A stretch of DNA of 64,000 bases from Hydrurus foetidus (GCA_900617105.1 UYFQ01000600.1:62001-126000); one strand, 5' to 3'. Positions 1 through 9,739 are shown, counted from the first letter of the stretch. Translations and numbers: made by a program. Notes: generated by a model from the sequence alone, not told the origin.

Positions 1-1113
1 GGCCTGGATCCGCGTATAGACATCGTTGGACAGCGTCGCCCCGCCATAGCCCATATAGCGCAGGTTCTTGAAGAACGAGGCGCGCAGCACCGGGTCGTTC
101 TCCATCGCCTCGGCCAGCATGGAAAAGGCGATCGGGGCCGAGCCGAACACGATCGGCGAGACCTCATACAGGTTCTTGATCGTGGTTTCGAACATGCCGG
201 GCAAGGGCTTGCCCTCGTCGATATGCAGGGTTCCGCCGGCCCACAGGACGGCGTTGAACCCGATATTGCCGGCCGAGATATGGCTCCACGGCATCCATTC
301 CAGGCTTTGCGGAACCTCGCCGGTCTCGGGCTCGTCCAGCTTCAGGCCGTCCTGGCCGGCGATCACCCCGGCCATCATGCCGTGGGTCTGGGGCACGGCC
401 TTGGGCATGCCCGTCGAGCCGGAGGTGAACAGGTACTTGGCCACCGTCGCCGGGCCCAGGGTCTCGCGCGAGGCCTCCACCGCGAGGGTCGGGACCGTGG
501 CGGCGATGTCGGCGAAGCTCACGGCGCCCTCACCGGTTCCGTCTGCGGTGACCACCAGCACGGTCGGGTCGATGGCCTTGAGCGTCTCCAGCGCCTTGGC
601 GAACAGCGCCCCGCTCTGGGCGAAGATCACCCGCGGGGCCACCTTGTCGAAAGCGTGCTTCAGCTTGGCGTGGTCGGTCGAGATCAGGCTGTAGGCCGGG
701 CTGATCGGCGCGGCCGGAACCCCGGCCGTATAGGCGCCCAGGGTCATCAGGGCGTGCTCGATCGAATTGCCCGACAGGATCATCACGCTGTCGCCCGAGG
801 CCAGGCCCTGGTCCAGCAGCCACTGGGCGATCCCCTCGACGGCGCGGAAGGCCTCGCCATAGGTCGTCATCCGCCAGGGTCCGTGACCGGGCTCGCGCTG
901 CTTCAGATAGGGCCGGTCAGAGTGCTCGCCGGCCTTCTGGGCCAACAGGTGAGCGATGGAGCGCGGCCCCTGGCCGGGCGCGTGGTTGGAGGTGATGACC
1001 AGCGAGCCGTCAGGCCGATAGTCGACACTGACCTCCGGTCCCTTCATCGGCAGAGGCTTGAAAGCCACCGTGCTGACATCGCGCAAAGGCGACGCGCCAT
1101 CCGAAGGCGTCAT
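1..1113 (-). CDS. Feruloyl-CoA synthase-like acyl-CoA ligase (3' end runs off the window)
   Basis: Manual minus-strand translation from ATG 1113: MTPSDGASPLRDV...AAPISPAYSL...KYLFTSGSTGMPKAV...PWSH...YGGA. AMP-binding loop present. Not in the ORF track. Confidence 0.85.
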   Translation of the reverse strand, partial: MTPSDGASPLRDVSTVAFKPLPMKGPEVSVDYRPDGSLVITSNHAPGQGPRSIAHLLAQKAGEHSDRPYLKQREPGHGPWRMTTYGEAFRAVEGIAQWLLDQGLASGDSVMILSGNSIEHALMTLGAYTAGVPAAPISPAYSLISTDHAKLKHAFDKVAPRVIFAQSGALFAKALETLKAIDPTVLVVTADGTGEGAVSFADIAATVPTLAVEASRETLGPATVAKYLFTSGSTGMPKAVPQTHGMMAGVIAGQDGLKLDEPETGEVPQSLEWMPWSHISAGNIGFNAVLWAGGTLHIDEGKPLPGMFETTIKNLYEVSPIVFGSAPIAFSMLAEAMENDPVLRASFFKNLRYMGYGGATLSNDVYTRIQA

Positions 1114-1378
1114 GGTCTCGCTCCCTGTAGGTTATCATTGTTCTCTTTGGGGCGAGACGTTAGCGCAATGCCGGCGAACGGCAAGATGGCTGATGGCCGA
1201 CGCGGGGCCGACGTCACCCCTGACCGACCCCGGAGGCCCCTCACCCGTCGAAAACAAGGACAGGCGACATCAGGTGACAAATATTTAAATACACAGGACC
1301 ATAATTTCGACGCTAATACACTCAGCATCCACCCATCATTACAGATTGGTAAGGCGAAAACACCGCCTGTATTAGATC

Positions 1379-2392
1379 ATGAAACACGTCGAACTCTATG
1401 CGCCGCGCACGACGCGCCATCGCCGCACCTGGACGGCGGCCGCGATCCCGCTGATCGTGCTGTTCTTCATCGCCGGCCAGCTGCTGACCATCTTCGGTAT
1501 CTTGAAGCCGATGGGCTTTCACCAGGCCGACCTGGCCACCCAGTGGCAGCCCCTGACCATCCAGCTTCTGGGCTTTGGCTTCACCGCCCTGCTGATCCTG
1601 GCCTGGGCCTGGCTGTTCGAGCGTCGTTCTCCCGCCACCCTGGGCCTGAATGGCGACGCCCTGCTGCGCTATGGCCGCGGCCTGCTGGTCGGCGCCGGCT
1701 TCCTGTTCGCCTCGATCGGCCTGGCCTGGGCCCTGGGCGGCTACAAAATCGAAGGTTTCGGCGTCTGGACCGGCCCCTCCCCGGCCCTGTTCCTGCCCAT
1801 CCTCTGCATCTTCGGCGGCTTCATGGTGCAGGGCGCGACCGAGGAGCTGATGCTGCGCGGCTGGCTGATGCAGTTGGTGGCCTCGCGCCATGGCCTGGTC
1901 ATCGCCATCATCATCAATTCGCTGATCTTTGCCCTGCTGCACGCCGGCAATATCGAGCCCTCGCCCGAACTGGCCCTGGCCCTGGTCAATCTGGTGCTGT
2001 TTGCGGTGATGATCAGCCTCTATGCGATCAAGGAAGGCTCGCTGTGGGGCGTCTGCGCCTGGCACTCGATGTGGAACACCCTGCTGGGCGTCGGCTTTGG
2101 CCTGGACGTCAGCGGCGGCAAGATCGCCGTCCAGAGCCTGGTCGTCGACCTCGCCCCGGCCCAGGGCGCCCCCTGGTGGCTGACCGGCGGCGCCTTCGGC
2201 CCGGAAGCCAGCGTGGCGACCAGCGTCGTGCTGCTGGCCGGCGTGATCTATTTCCTGGCCACCGGCGCGATGCGTCAGGGCCAGCGCTATTCGGCCGGGG
2301 CTGGGGTAGGGGCTCACTGCCCTTTCCCTCCCTTCCCCCCTAAAACCTCCCGTCATTCCCGCCCTTGTGGCGGGAACCCCTGGTTCAGCTGA
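1379..2392 (+). CDS. CPBP (CAAX/Abi) family intramembrane metalloprotease
   Basis: Multi-TM protein with EELMLRG, FALLH and HSMWN motifs. The ORF tail runs into a repeat; the true end is probably about 2310. Confidence 0.85.
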   Translation: MKHVELYAPRTTRHRRTWTAAAIPLIVLFFIAGQLLTIFGILKPMGFHQADLATQWQPLTIQLLGFGFTALLILAWAWLFERRSPATLGLNGDALLRYGRGLLVGAGFLFASIGLAWALGGYKIEGFGVWTGPSPALFLPILCIFGGFMVQGATEELMLRGWLMQLVASRHGLVIAIIINSLIFALLHAGNIEPSPELALALVNLVLFAVMISLYAIKEGSLWGVCAWHSMWNTLLGVGFGLDVSGGKIAVQSLVVDLAPAQGAPWWLTGGAFGPEASVATSVVLLAGVIYFLATGAMRQGQRYSAGAGVGAHCPFPPFPPKTSRHSRPCGGNPWFS

Positions 2393-2485
2393 CACGTGAG
2401 GCACAAGCGGATCGCCAGCGATCCGCCCCTCCCGCACCTGCGGCGGACAGAGGGGTTCCCGCCACAAGGGCGGGAATGACGGGAG
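2347..2485. repeat. CGTC-type palindromic (REP/MITE-like) element
   Basis: Perfect 35-bp inverted arms ctcccgtcattcccgcccttgtggcgggaacccct (2347-2381 and 2451-2485). Near-identical copy at 25931-26058. Confidence 0.9.
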
Positions 2486-2547
2486 TTATGGGGATGGCGG
2501 TTTGCCGCCGCCCTTCACCTCACGGCGAGACCATCATCGTCGCAGCC

Positions 2548-2991
2548 TCACGCCCGCCGCCAGACGTACGTGACGTCCGGCATCTTCTCCTCGTTGCGGG
2601 CCCCATCGGTCAGTTCCTCGACCCCGAAGCCATGCCGCTCATAGAGCGCCCGCGCCCGCGTGTTGGCCTGAAAGGTATAGAGCCGCAGCTCAGCCTGTTG
2701 CTCCTGGGCGAGCCGCACCAGGGCGCTGCCGATCCCAAGGCCGTGGAAGTCGGGATCGACATACAGATGGTCGATCCAGCCGGGCAGCAGGGCGACATGG
2801 CCGCGCAGGACCTCGCCCTCGAACGCGCCCCAGACCGGACCGTCGACCATCACCTTGTCGCGGTAGAAGACCGCGTATTCCTCGGCCGTATGCAGCGCGG
2901 TGTCATAGCCCGGGATCAGCGCACCGCCACGACGATGCAAGTCGGCGGCGGCGGGACCTTCATCAGGGCGGAGACGGCGCAGGGTGATCAT
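2548..2991 (-). CDS. GNAT family N-acetyltransferase
   Basis: IDHLYVDPDFHGLGIGSAL acetyl-CoA motif and NTRARALYERHGF. Confidence 0.9.
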   Translation of the reverse strand: MITLRRLRPDEGPAAADLHRRGGALIPGYDTALHTAEEYAVFYRDKVMVDGPVWGAFEGEVLRGHVALLPGWIDHLYVDPDFHGLGIGSALVRLAQEQQAELRLYTFQANTRARALYERHGFGVEELTDGARNEEKMPDVTYVWRRA

Positions 2992-3094
2992 GCGGCCAGG
3001 CTAGTCCGGCGCTGAAAGCCCGGCAATTCGTCCTCAACCCCAAAACCTCCCGTCATTCCGCGCGCCCCTCAACCCGATCTCCCATAACCAAAAC

Positions 3095-3208
3095 CTTGTC
3101 ATCCCGGCCGGACGCCCTTCAGGGCGGGAGCGCCGGGACCCAGGGGCCGGCGCATTGCGGTTGCTCCTGGGTCCCGGCTCTCCGCTGCGCTACGGCCGGG
3201 ATGACAAG
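3095..3208. repeat. GTCATCCCG-type palindromic element
   Basis: Arms cttgtcatcccggccg / cggccgggatgacaag with an inner gccgggacccagg / cctgggtcccggc stem. Confidence 0.85.
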
Positions 3209-3229
3209 TGTTTTGGTGCTGTTGAAAGA

Positions 3230-3507
3230 CCTTCGCGCCGAAGGGAACCAACCCTTCATCTCACGGCGAGACGATCGCCGGTCTGGACAGGTCACACCAC
3301 ACCTTCCCCTAACCGTCATCCCGGGCTTGTCCCCGCCCATGGTTCGCTTCCACGTGAGGGTTCCACCCCGCTCCGCACCTGGCGGACGATGGGTCCGGGA
3401 CAAGCCCCGGATGACGGGCGTTGTGGCCGCGGCCTGCCGCCCCTTCGCGCCGAAGGGAGCCAACCCTTCATCTCACGGCGAGACGATCGCCGGTCTGGAC
3501 AGGTCAC
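3230..3507 (+). repeat. 66-bp direct repeat (3230-3295 and 3442-3507) bracketing a CGTC palindrome (3313-3417)
   Basis: ccttcgcgccgaaggga(a/g)ccaacccttcatctcacggcgagacgatcgccggtctggacaggtcac occurs twice with one mismatch. Confidence 0.9.
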
Positions 3508-3611
3508 TCAAGGCCGACGCTCCGCGTCGCCGCGAAGCGGTCGCCAGAGGCGAGCCTTGACTGACCTGTCCAGACCGGCACGCTGCAGCCTCCAAGAGAT
3601 GAAGGGCTTGG
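3460..3611. repeat. Long imperfect hairpin element
   Basis: Nested arms cccttcatctc/gagatgaaggg, gccggtctggacaggtca/tgacctgtccagaccggc and tcaaggc/gccttga. Confidence 0.85.
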
Positions 3612-3643
3612 TGGAGACGCGCAGAGCGTCGCAAGGAACCTCA

Positions 3644-4339
3644 ATGACGTTGGTCTATGGCCTTTGCCGCGACGGAGAAGGCGTACTTATCGCCGACACC
3701 GCAACCATCATCCCACTGACAAAGCAGTCACAAACCCTTTCCTGGAACCTGTTTGAAGGTGCTCACAATCGGGGAAACTGTGTTGGGCTACGCGGGCGAC
3801 ACGTCCTTTCTATCTGGACTTCGCCGACGCTCCACGTGAATTTCCGGCGTTTATGGAGAGAGTTCTCAAATGCCATCTCTCCTCCCACGGTAGAATCGAC
3901 TTCATTGCGCTCAAGCGCGATGGCCGAGAAATGAACATCGTCCAAGCTGGAGAAATTGGACAGCAGCGCGCGGCTACATTGGCTCTCAACCAGCCTTTCG
4001 AAGCCTTTGGGCAGCGGCTCCCTCAGAACCCACCGACAATTTTTCGAAGAGCTAACCGCCGTGCGGACGCTTCGAGAGGTCGTTCGAGCCTACAGACGGG
4101 GTGGCAGGTTTACCCATCTCTTGCACCGTCGCAGCAGCGGTGGGTACGAGACATCCATTTCACATGTCTGGAGTTGGAAAGAAGTCCGATCACTCACCGT
4201 CGAGGAAGAAGGGTGGCAAAGCGTTCCACTGATCGACCAATATGGCGGACAGTTCACAGCCATACTCACGGGGTTAGGGTACGATGGCGTCTGCCTTGAT
4301 ACCCCAGATAGGCGTAGGCTTCCTATTTTCCGCAAGTGA
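3644..4339 (+). CDS. Low-GC hypothetical protein, Ntn-hydrolase/proteasome-beta-like (frameshifted)
   Basis: AAGGA RBS then MTLVYGLCRDGEGVLIADT. After a frame change it reads LKVLTIGETVLGYAGD. About 50% GC in the two lines I counted. Confidence 0.5.
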
Positions 4340-4520
4340 CCCTGAACCGCTCAGAAGATGTTAAGGTCAGCTATCGGAACCTGGGTCGATATGATCTTGG
4401 CATTATGGCCGCGGCTCTCGACGCTAATGCTATTCAGATCGGCCTTCCTGACAGCTGACGTAGGCCGAACTTTGGCGATTTCCCTTCGGGAAGAAGCGCA
4501 ATCGGACCTCGAGCGGGCTG

Positions 4521-4551
4521 AAAAAAGGGCGGAGCCTTTCGACCCCGCCCC
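4521..4551 (-). terminator. Intrinsic terminator of the aldehyde dehydrogenase gene
   Basis: Minus strand reads ggggcggggtcgaaaggctccgccc followed by a T-run. Confidence 0.75.
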
Positions 4552-4580
4552 CTCAAACTCACAAGCTCAGCAGTAGAGCC

Positions 4581-6017
4581 CTACTCCGCCGCCACCTTCG
4601 GCGCGTAGCCGAGGATCGCCTTGGTCTCGAGGAACTCGCCGAACGCGTGGTCGCCCCACTCGCGGCCGTTGCCGCTCATCTTGTAGCCGCCGAACGGGGC
4701 CATCAGGTCGGAGCCGGCGCCGTTGAGGATCACCTGGCCGGCCCGCAGGCGCGAGGCGACCTTGCGGACCTCACCCTCGTCGCCGCCCGAAATATAGGCC
4801 GCCAGGCCATATTCGGTGTCGTTGCCGACCTTCACCGCCTCATCGACCGTGTCGTAGCCGAGGATGGCGACGACCGGGCCGAAGATCTCTTCCTTGGCGA
4901 TGGTCATCTCGTTGGTGACATTGGCGAAGACGGTGGGCTTGACGTAGTAGCCCTTGTCCAGGCCCTCGGGACGGCCGACGCCGCCGCTGACCAGGGTGGC
5001 GCCCTCGTCGATGCCCTTCTGGATCAGGCCCTGGATCTTGTTCCACTGCACGTCGGAGACGACAGGGCCCATCTTGGAATTGCCGTTGGGGTCGCCCACG
5101 GTGTGGGCTTCGGCGGCGGCGCGGGCGATGGCGATGACCTCGTCCATCTTCTTGCCCGGCACCAGCATGCGGGTCGGGGCGTTGCACGACTGGCCCGAGT
5201 TCATCATCACCGAGGCGACGCCGCCGGTGACGGCGCGCTGGAAGTCGGCGTCTTCGAGGATGATGTTGGGGCTCTTGCCGCCCAGTTCCTGATGCACGCG
5301 CTTGACGGTCGGGGCGGCGTTCTTGGCCACCTCGATGCCGGCGCGGGTCGAGCCGGTGAACGACACCATGTCGACTTCAGGATGGCTGGACAGGGCGGCG
5401 CCGACCACGGGGCCGTCGCCATTGACCAGGTTGAACACGCCATGCGGCACGCCGGCGGCGTGCAGGATCTCGGTCCAGATATAGCCGCTGAACGGGGCGA
5501 TTTCCGAGGGCTTGAGCACCATGGTGCAGCCGGTGGCCAGGGCCGGGGCGACCTTGCAGGCGATCTGGTTGACCGGCCAGTTCCACGGCGTGATGAACGC
5601 GCAGACGCCGATCGGCTCTTTGACGATGCGGGTGGTGCCGCGGTCTTCCTCGAACTTGTAGGTCTTCAGCACCGCGATGGCGGTCTGGACGTGGCCGATG
5701 CCCATGGCGGCCTGGGCGCGTTGCGCCAGCCAGGCGGGCCCCATTTCCTCGGTGATGGCCTTGGCCATGTCTTCGAAGCGCTTCTGGTATTCGGCGACGA
5801 TGCGTTCCAGCAGGTCGATGCGCTCTTCGCGGCTGGTCAGGCTGAAGGTCTCGAACGCCTTGCGGGCGGCCATGACCGCCTTGTCGACATCGGCGACGCC
5901 GCCCATCGAGATGCGGCCGCAGACCTCTTCATTGGCCGGATTGATCACGTCCAGCGTCTTGGGCGCGACCGGATCGACCCAGGCCCCGTCGATATAGAAC
6001 TTGGTGTAGTCGCGCAT
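4581..6017 (-). CDS. Aldehyde dehydrogenase
   Basis: ITPWNWP, FTGSTRAG, ELGGKSP, catalytic GQSC and EEIFGP motifs. Confidence 0.95.
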   Translation of the reverse strand: MRDYTKFYIDGAWVDPVAPKTLDVINPANEEVCGRISMGGVADVDKAVMAARKAFETFSLTSREERIDLLERIVAEYQKRFEDMAKAITEEMGPAWLAQRAQAAMGIGHVQTAIAVLKTYKFEEDRGTTRIVKEPIGVCAFITPWNWPVNQIACKVAPALATGCTMVLKPSEIAPFSGYIWTEILHAAGVPHGVFNLVNGDGPVVGAALSSHPEVDMVSFTGSTRAGIEVAKNAAPTVKRVHQELGGKSPNIILEDADFQRAVTGGVASVMMNSGQSCNAPTRMLVPGKKMDEVIAIARAAAEAHTVGDPNGNSKMGPVVSDVQWNKIQGLIQKGIDEGATLVSGGVGRPEGLDKGYYVKPTVFANVTNEMTIAKEEIFGPVVAILGYDTVDEAVKVGNDTEYGLAAYISGGDEGEVRKVASRLRAGQVILNGAGSDLMAPFGGYKMSGNGREWGDHAFGEFLETKAILGYAPKVAAE

Positions 6018-6122
6018 GCTGTGCTCCTGCCCTGTCTGGGAATTTAGGTCCGCTCTTATTTGGGATGCGGCGGGCCGTCTTCAAACAACCATTTTAATGA
6101 TCGGCGTTCATGTGGGAAGCCC

Positions 6123-6593
6123 TCACCACATCACATCGCTGTCGACGCCGTCCAGAGCCTCAGCGATCCGCCGTCGCGTGCCGGGGCTGATGTCGTCTGG
6201 CAGGGCGTTCGGGGCGAACCAGCCGACGGCGTGGATCTCGCCCTGGGCCGAGGATTGGCAGGGTTCCCAGGCCGTGACCCGATAGACCAGCACGTGGTCG
6301 CCGGGATGGCGCGGCTCGTTGGAATGGGCCGACAGCAGCAGCGGCCGGCCCAGCACACGGATGCCGGCCTCTTCCTGCAATTCGCGGCAGAGCGCCAGCT
6401 GCGCCGTCTCGCCCCGCTCGACCCCGCCGCCGGGCAGGTACCAGCCGGGAATATAGGTGTGCTGGATCAGCAGCACCCGGCCTTCGCCATCGGTGACCAG
6501 CCCGCGCACCCCCAGCGTCAGCCCCCGGTTCCAGCGAAACCAGGCATAGACCAGGGGGCGGGTGAACGGTTCGATGCGACGGCGCCAGAGCAT
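6123..6593 (-). CDS. NUDIX hydrolase
   Basis: Nudix box GGGVERGETAQLALCRELQEEAG. Confidence 0.9.
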   Translation of the reverse strand: MLWRRRIEPFTRPLVYAWFRWNRGLTLGVRGLVTDGEGRVLLIQHTYIPGWYLPGGGVERGETAQLALCRELQEEAGIRVLGRPLLLSAHSNEPRHPGDHVLVYRVTAWEPCQSSAQGEIHAVGWFAPNALPDDISPGTRRRIAEALDGVDSDVMW

Positions 6594-6681
6594 GGCGGGG
6601 AAGATAGCTGTCCTTGGTCTTGCGGTCAGGCCCCCGCCTCGCTAAAGCCGCAGGACCCTTGGTCTTCAATGGAGCCGCGTC

Positions 6682-6762
6682 ATGATCGCGATCCTCGTTA
6701 TCGGCGCCTTCATCGGCGTCTTCCTGGCCCTCAACTACTTCGAGTTCGGCCGTCTCGACTAA
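6682..6762 (+). CDS. 26-aa small membrane protein (MIAILVIGAFIGVFLALNYFEFGRLD)
   Basis: GGAG RBS at 6671-6674, ATG to TAA, mostly C-ending codons, one hydrophobic helix, 7 nt before the SDR start. Confidence 0.7.
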   Translation: MIAILVIGAFIGVFLALNYFEFGRLD

Positions 6763-6769
6763 GCCAGCC

Positions 6770-7532
6770 ATGAGCCCGGACCGCGCGGGGACGGGGCGCG
6801 GCCCTGGTCACCGGCGCGGGGCGTCGGATAGGCCAGGCCTGGCGCTGGAAGCGGCGCGCGCCGGCTATGACGTGGCCGTTCATCATCGCGGCGACTCCAG
6901 CGAAGCCGCCGAGACGGTGGCCGCCGTCCAGGCCTTGGGCCGCCGGGCCATCGCCCTGTCGGCCGAGCTGTCGGACGAGACCCGGGTCGCGGGCCTGATC
7001 GCCCGCGCCGCGCCGCTGGGCCCCTGACCCTGCTGGTCAACAGCGCCTCCAGCTTCCAGGACGACCGCGTCGGATCGCTGGACCGCGCCCTGTGGGACAG
7101 CCATATCGACCAATCTGCGGGCCCCGATCGTGCTGGCGGAAGCCTTCGCCGCCGCCCTGCCCGGACGACGCCGAGGGCCTGATCGTCAATATCGTCGACC
7201 AGCGGGTCTGGCGGCCCAATCCGCAGTTCTTCAGCTACAGCCTCAGCAAGGCCGGCCTGTGGTGGGCGACCCAGACTCTGGCCCAGGCCCTGGCCCCGCG
7301 CATCCGGGTCAACGCCATCGGCCCTGGCCCGACCCTGCCCAACGTCCATCAGGCCACCGGCGAGTTCGAGGCCGAGGCCGCCGGCACCCTGTTGCAGCGC
7401 CGCGCCACCCCCGACGACCTGACCGCCGCCCTGCGCTATCTGATTGACGCAAGGGCGGTCACGGGCCAGATGATCGCCGTGGACGCCGGGCAGCATCTGG
7501 CCTGGCGCACGCCCGACATCGTCGCACCCTAA
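6770..7532 (+). CDS. SDR oxidoreductase, pteridine-reductase-like (frameshifted)
   Basis: Across frames: ALVTGAGRRIG, LLVNSAS, YSLSKAGL, RVNAIGPG, TGQMIAVDAG. Upstream of folB. Confidence 0.85.
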
Positions 7533-7545
7533 GAAAGGGCGCCGC

Positions 7546-7968
7546 TTGGCCGCCTCTCCCCTCGCCGAAAACACCGCCGATTCGGCTCCGCCCAAAGGCC
7601 TTGTTGGGGCCCGCGTGATCGTGACCAAGGTCTTCGTGCGCGCGCTCAAGGTGGAAGCCTGGATCGGGGTCTATGACCACGAGCACGGTCGCCGCCAGCC
7701 GCTGGTCATCGATGTCGAGCTGGACGTCGCGGCCAGCCACTGCGAGCGCCTGGGCGACACCGTCAATTACGAGACCATCGGTCAGGCCGCCCGCGCCATC
7801 GCCGACGAGGGCCATATCGACCTGGTCGAGACCTTCGCCGAGCGTCTGGCCCAGGCCTGTTTCGCCGACAGCCGCGTGACCCGCGCCCGCGTGCGGGTCG
7901 AAAAGCCCCTGGCCCTGGCCCCGCACGCCGCCGCCGCCGGCGTGGAAATCACCGCCGTCCGCGCATAA
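7546..7968 (+). CDS. folB: Dihydroneopterin aldolase
   Basis: IGVYDHEHGRRQPLVID, DTVNYE, LVETFAERLA and RVEKP motifs. Confidence 0.9.
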   Translation: MAASPLAENTADSAPPKGLVGARVIVTKVFVRALKVEAWIGVYDHEHGRRQPLVIDVELDVAASHCERLGDTVNYETIGQAARAIADEGHIDLVETFAERLAQACFADSRVTRARVRVEKPLALAPHAAAAGVEITAVRA

Positions 7969-8517
7969 TGGATCCGACCCACAGCGCCCGCCTCGCGCCG
8001 CTCCAGCCGGAAACGGTCTGGACGCTGAAGGACGGGACGCTGGTCGAGACGCGCGGCGTTCGGGTGCGCGGCTTTCCCCTCAGCGCCCTGACCCGCTTTC
8101 GCCTGGCCGCCGCGCCCAGGGGGCGGCCGCCGCGTGCTGCAGCTGAGCTTTGGCCGCGCCCGGATGGTCATCATCGCCCAGAGCTATGCCGGGCCCGGCC
8201 ATATCGAGGACCGGCTGGAGAGCTTCTCGACCTTCGTGCGCGCCCTGTCGCGCCAGGCCGCCGACGCCGCCCCCGCCGCCCGCTTCGACCTGGCTCGCAT
8301 CGAAGCCCGCCCGGCCCTGACCTGGGTCGCCGGCTTGCTGGCCATCGGCGTCGTCGCCCTGCTGGTCTCGTCGCTCGGCGCCGGCATGGCCGGGGTCGGG
8401 ATCGACATGGCCGCGCGGATGAGCTTCGTCCTGATCCTGCTGCTGGCCGCCCTGCCCTGGCTGTCGCGCGGCGACGGCTTCGATCCGCGCGACCCGCCGC
8501 GGGACCTGCTGCCCTAA
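7968..8517 (+). CDS. Hypothetical membrane protein (frameshift near 8130)
   Basis: Start overlaps the folB stop. C-terminal frame has two TM helices and ends DPRDPPRDLLP. Confidence 0.6.
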
Positions 8518-8626
8518 GGACTTTCGGCCCCGCCGGTCCCGAGCAGGGGGTGGAGCCCCTGTAGGGATTGCGCCGACCCGCCCGTCCTTGGGATATCGTC
8601 GTCATACCCTCGCCCGGAGCCCCGCC

Positions 8627-9277
8627 ATGCGCCCCATCATCACCGCCTTCAGGAGCTCTCCGGATCGCGGCCGGGGTCTGGCCCGCGACATGCGGGTGCG
8701 CTGGGCGCTTGAGGAGGTTGGCCAGCCCTATGACGTCCGCCTGCTGTCCTTCGATGACATCAAGCAGGCCTCGCATCGCGGGCTGCATCCCTTTGGCCAG
8801 ATCCCGACCTACCAGGAGGGCGACCTGACCCTGTTCGAGTCGGGCGCCATCGTGTTCCACATCGCCGAGCGTCACGCGGGCCTGCTGCCGGGCGACCCGA
8901 ACGCCCGGGCCCGCGCCATCACCTGGCTGTTCGCCGCGCTGGGCACGGTGGAGCCGCCGATCGTCGAGCGGAGCATGGCCGTGCTGCTGGAGCGCGAGGC
9001 CTGGTGGCACAAGGAGCGCCTGCCCCTCCTGGATCAACGCGTGCGTGGCCGACTTGACGAGCTCTCCCTCCGCCTGGGCGACGCCGACTGGCTGGACGGA
9101 GACTTCAGCGCCGGCGACCTGATGATGGTGACGGTGCTGCGCCGACTGACCGGCTCAGGGCTGCTTGAGGACTACCCCAACCTCGGGGCCTATATTGCCC
9201 GCGGCGAGGCGCGCCCCGCCTACGGGCGCGCCTTCGCCGACCAGTTGGCGGTCTTCGTCGCCGCGACCGGCGGCTGA
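8627..9277 (+). CDS. Glutathione S-transferase family protein
   Basis: RVRWALEE, HPFGQIP, LFESGAI and GDFSAGDL motifs. Confidence 0.92.
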   Translation: MRPIITAFRSSPDRGRGLARDMRVRWALEEVGQPYDVRLLSFDDIKQASHRGLHPFGQIPTYQEGDLTLFESGAIVFHIAERHAGLLPGDPNARARAITWLFAALGTVEPPIVERSMAVLLEREAWWHKERLPLLDQRVRGRLDELSLRLGDADWLDGDFSAGDLMMVTVLRRLTGSGLLEDYPNLGAYIARGEARPAYGRAFADQLAVFVAATGG

Positions 9278-9370
9278 CAGGTTCCGCAGGGTTACGGGAC
9301 CTTCATTTGCATCGATCGCCGATAAGGACGATCCTTGGGACACCATCGTTTTCCAAGGTTCAACGTCACC

Positions 9371-9736
9371 GTGACCGATCTCGACCCCGCCGTCCCGCCG
9401 GCCCTGCAGGATGAAAAGACCCTGCCGATCGTCGTCTACGCCCTGATCCTGGCGGGACTGATCACCGGGGGCGTCACCTCGGTGATCGCCGTGATCCTGG
9501 CCTATGTCAGCCGCAAGGGCGCGCCCGACTGGCTGCAGAGCCACTACACCTTCGCCATCCGCACCTTCTGGCTGTCGCTGCTGTTCGGCGTCATCGGCGG
9601 GGCGCTGACCGTGATCGGGATCGGCATCTTCCTGCTGGCCGCCCTGGGCGTGTGGATCGCCGTGCGCAGCATCATCGGCCTGTCCTTCCTGCTGAAGGGC
9701 CAGGCCTATCCCACCCCCAAGAACTGGATGCTCTGA
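9371..9736 (+). CDS. DUF4870-like membrane protein, copy 1
   Basis: VILAYV...SHYTFAIRTFW...W...R...G...AYP pattern; GTG start. Confidence 0.75.
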   Translation: MTDLDPAVPPALQDEKTLPIVVYALILAGLITGGVTSVIAVILAYVSRKGAPDWLQSHYTFAIRTFWLSLLFGVIGGALTVIGIGIFLLAALGVWIAVRSIIGLSFLLKGQAYPTPKNWML

Positions 9737-9739
9737 GCC

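Noticed and set aside
223..2343. Long Arg/Gly/Pro-rich ORFs (also 35158-37026, 60378-61979, 60784-62604 and others)
   Set aside because: Shadow or antisense frames of real genes in high-GC DNA, with no recognisable motifs.
3230..3507. Direct repeats as a possible CRISPR array
   Set aside because: Only two 66-bp units, a 146-bp spacer that is itself a repeat, and no cas genes.
4358..4576. 72-aa ORF or possible cassette recombination site after the orphan gene
   Set aside because: No clear RBS, it runs through a terminator, and I see no convincing attC-like structure.
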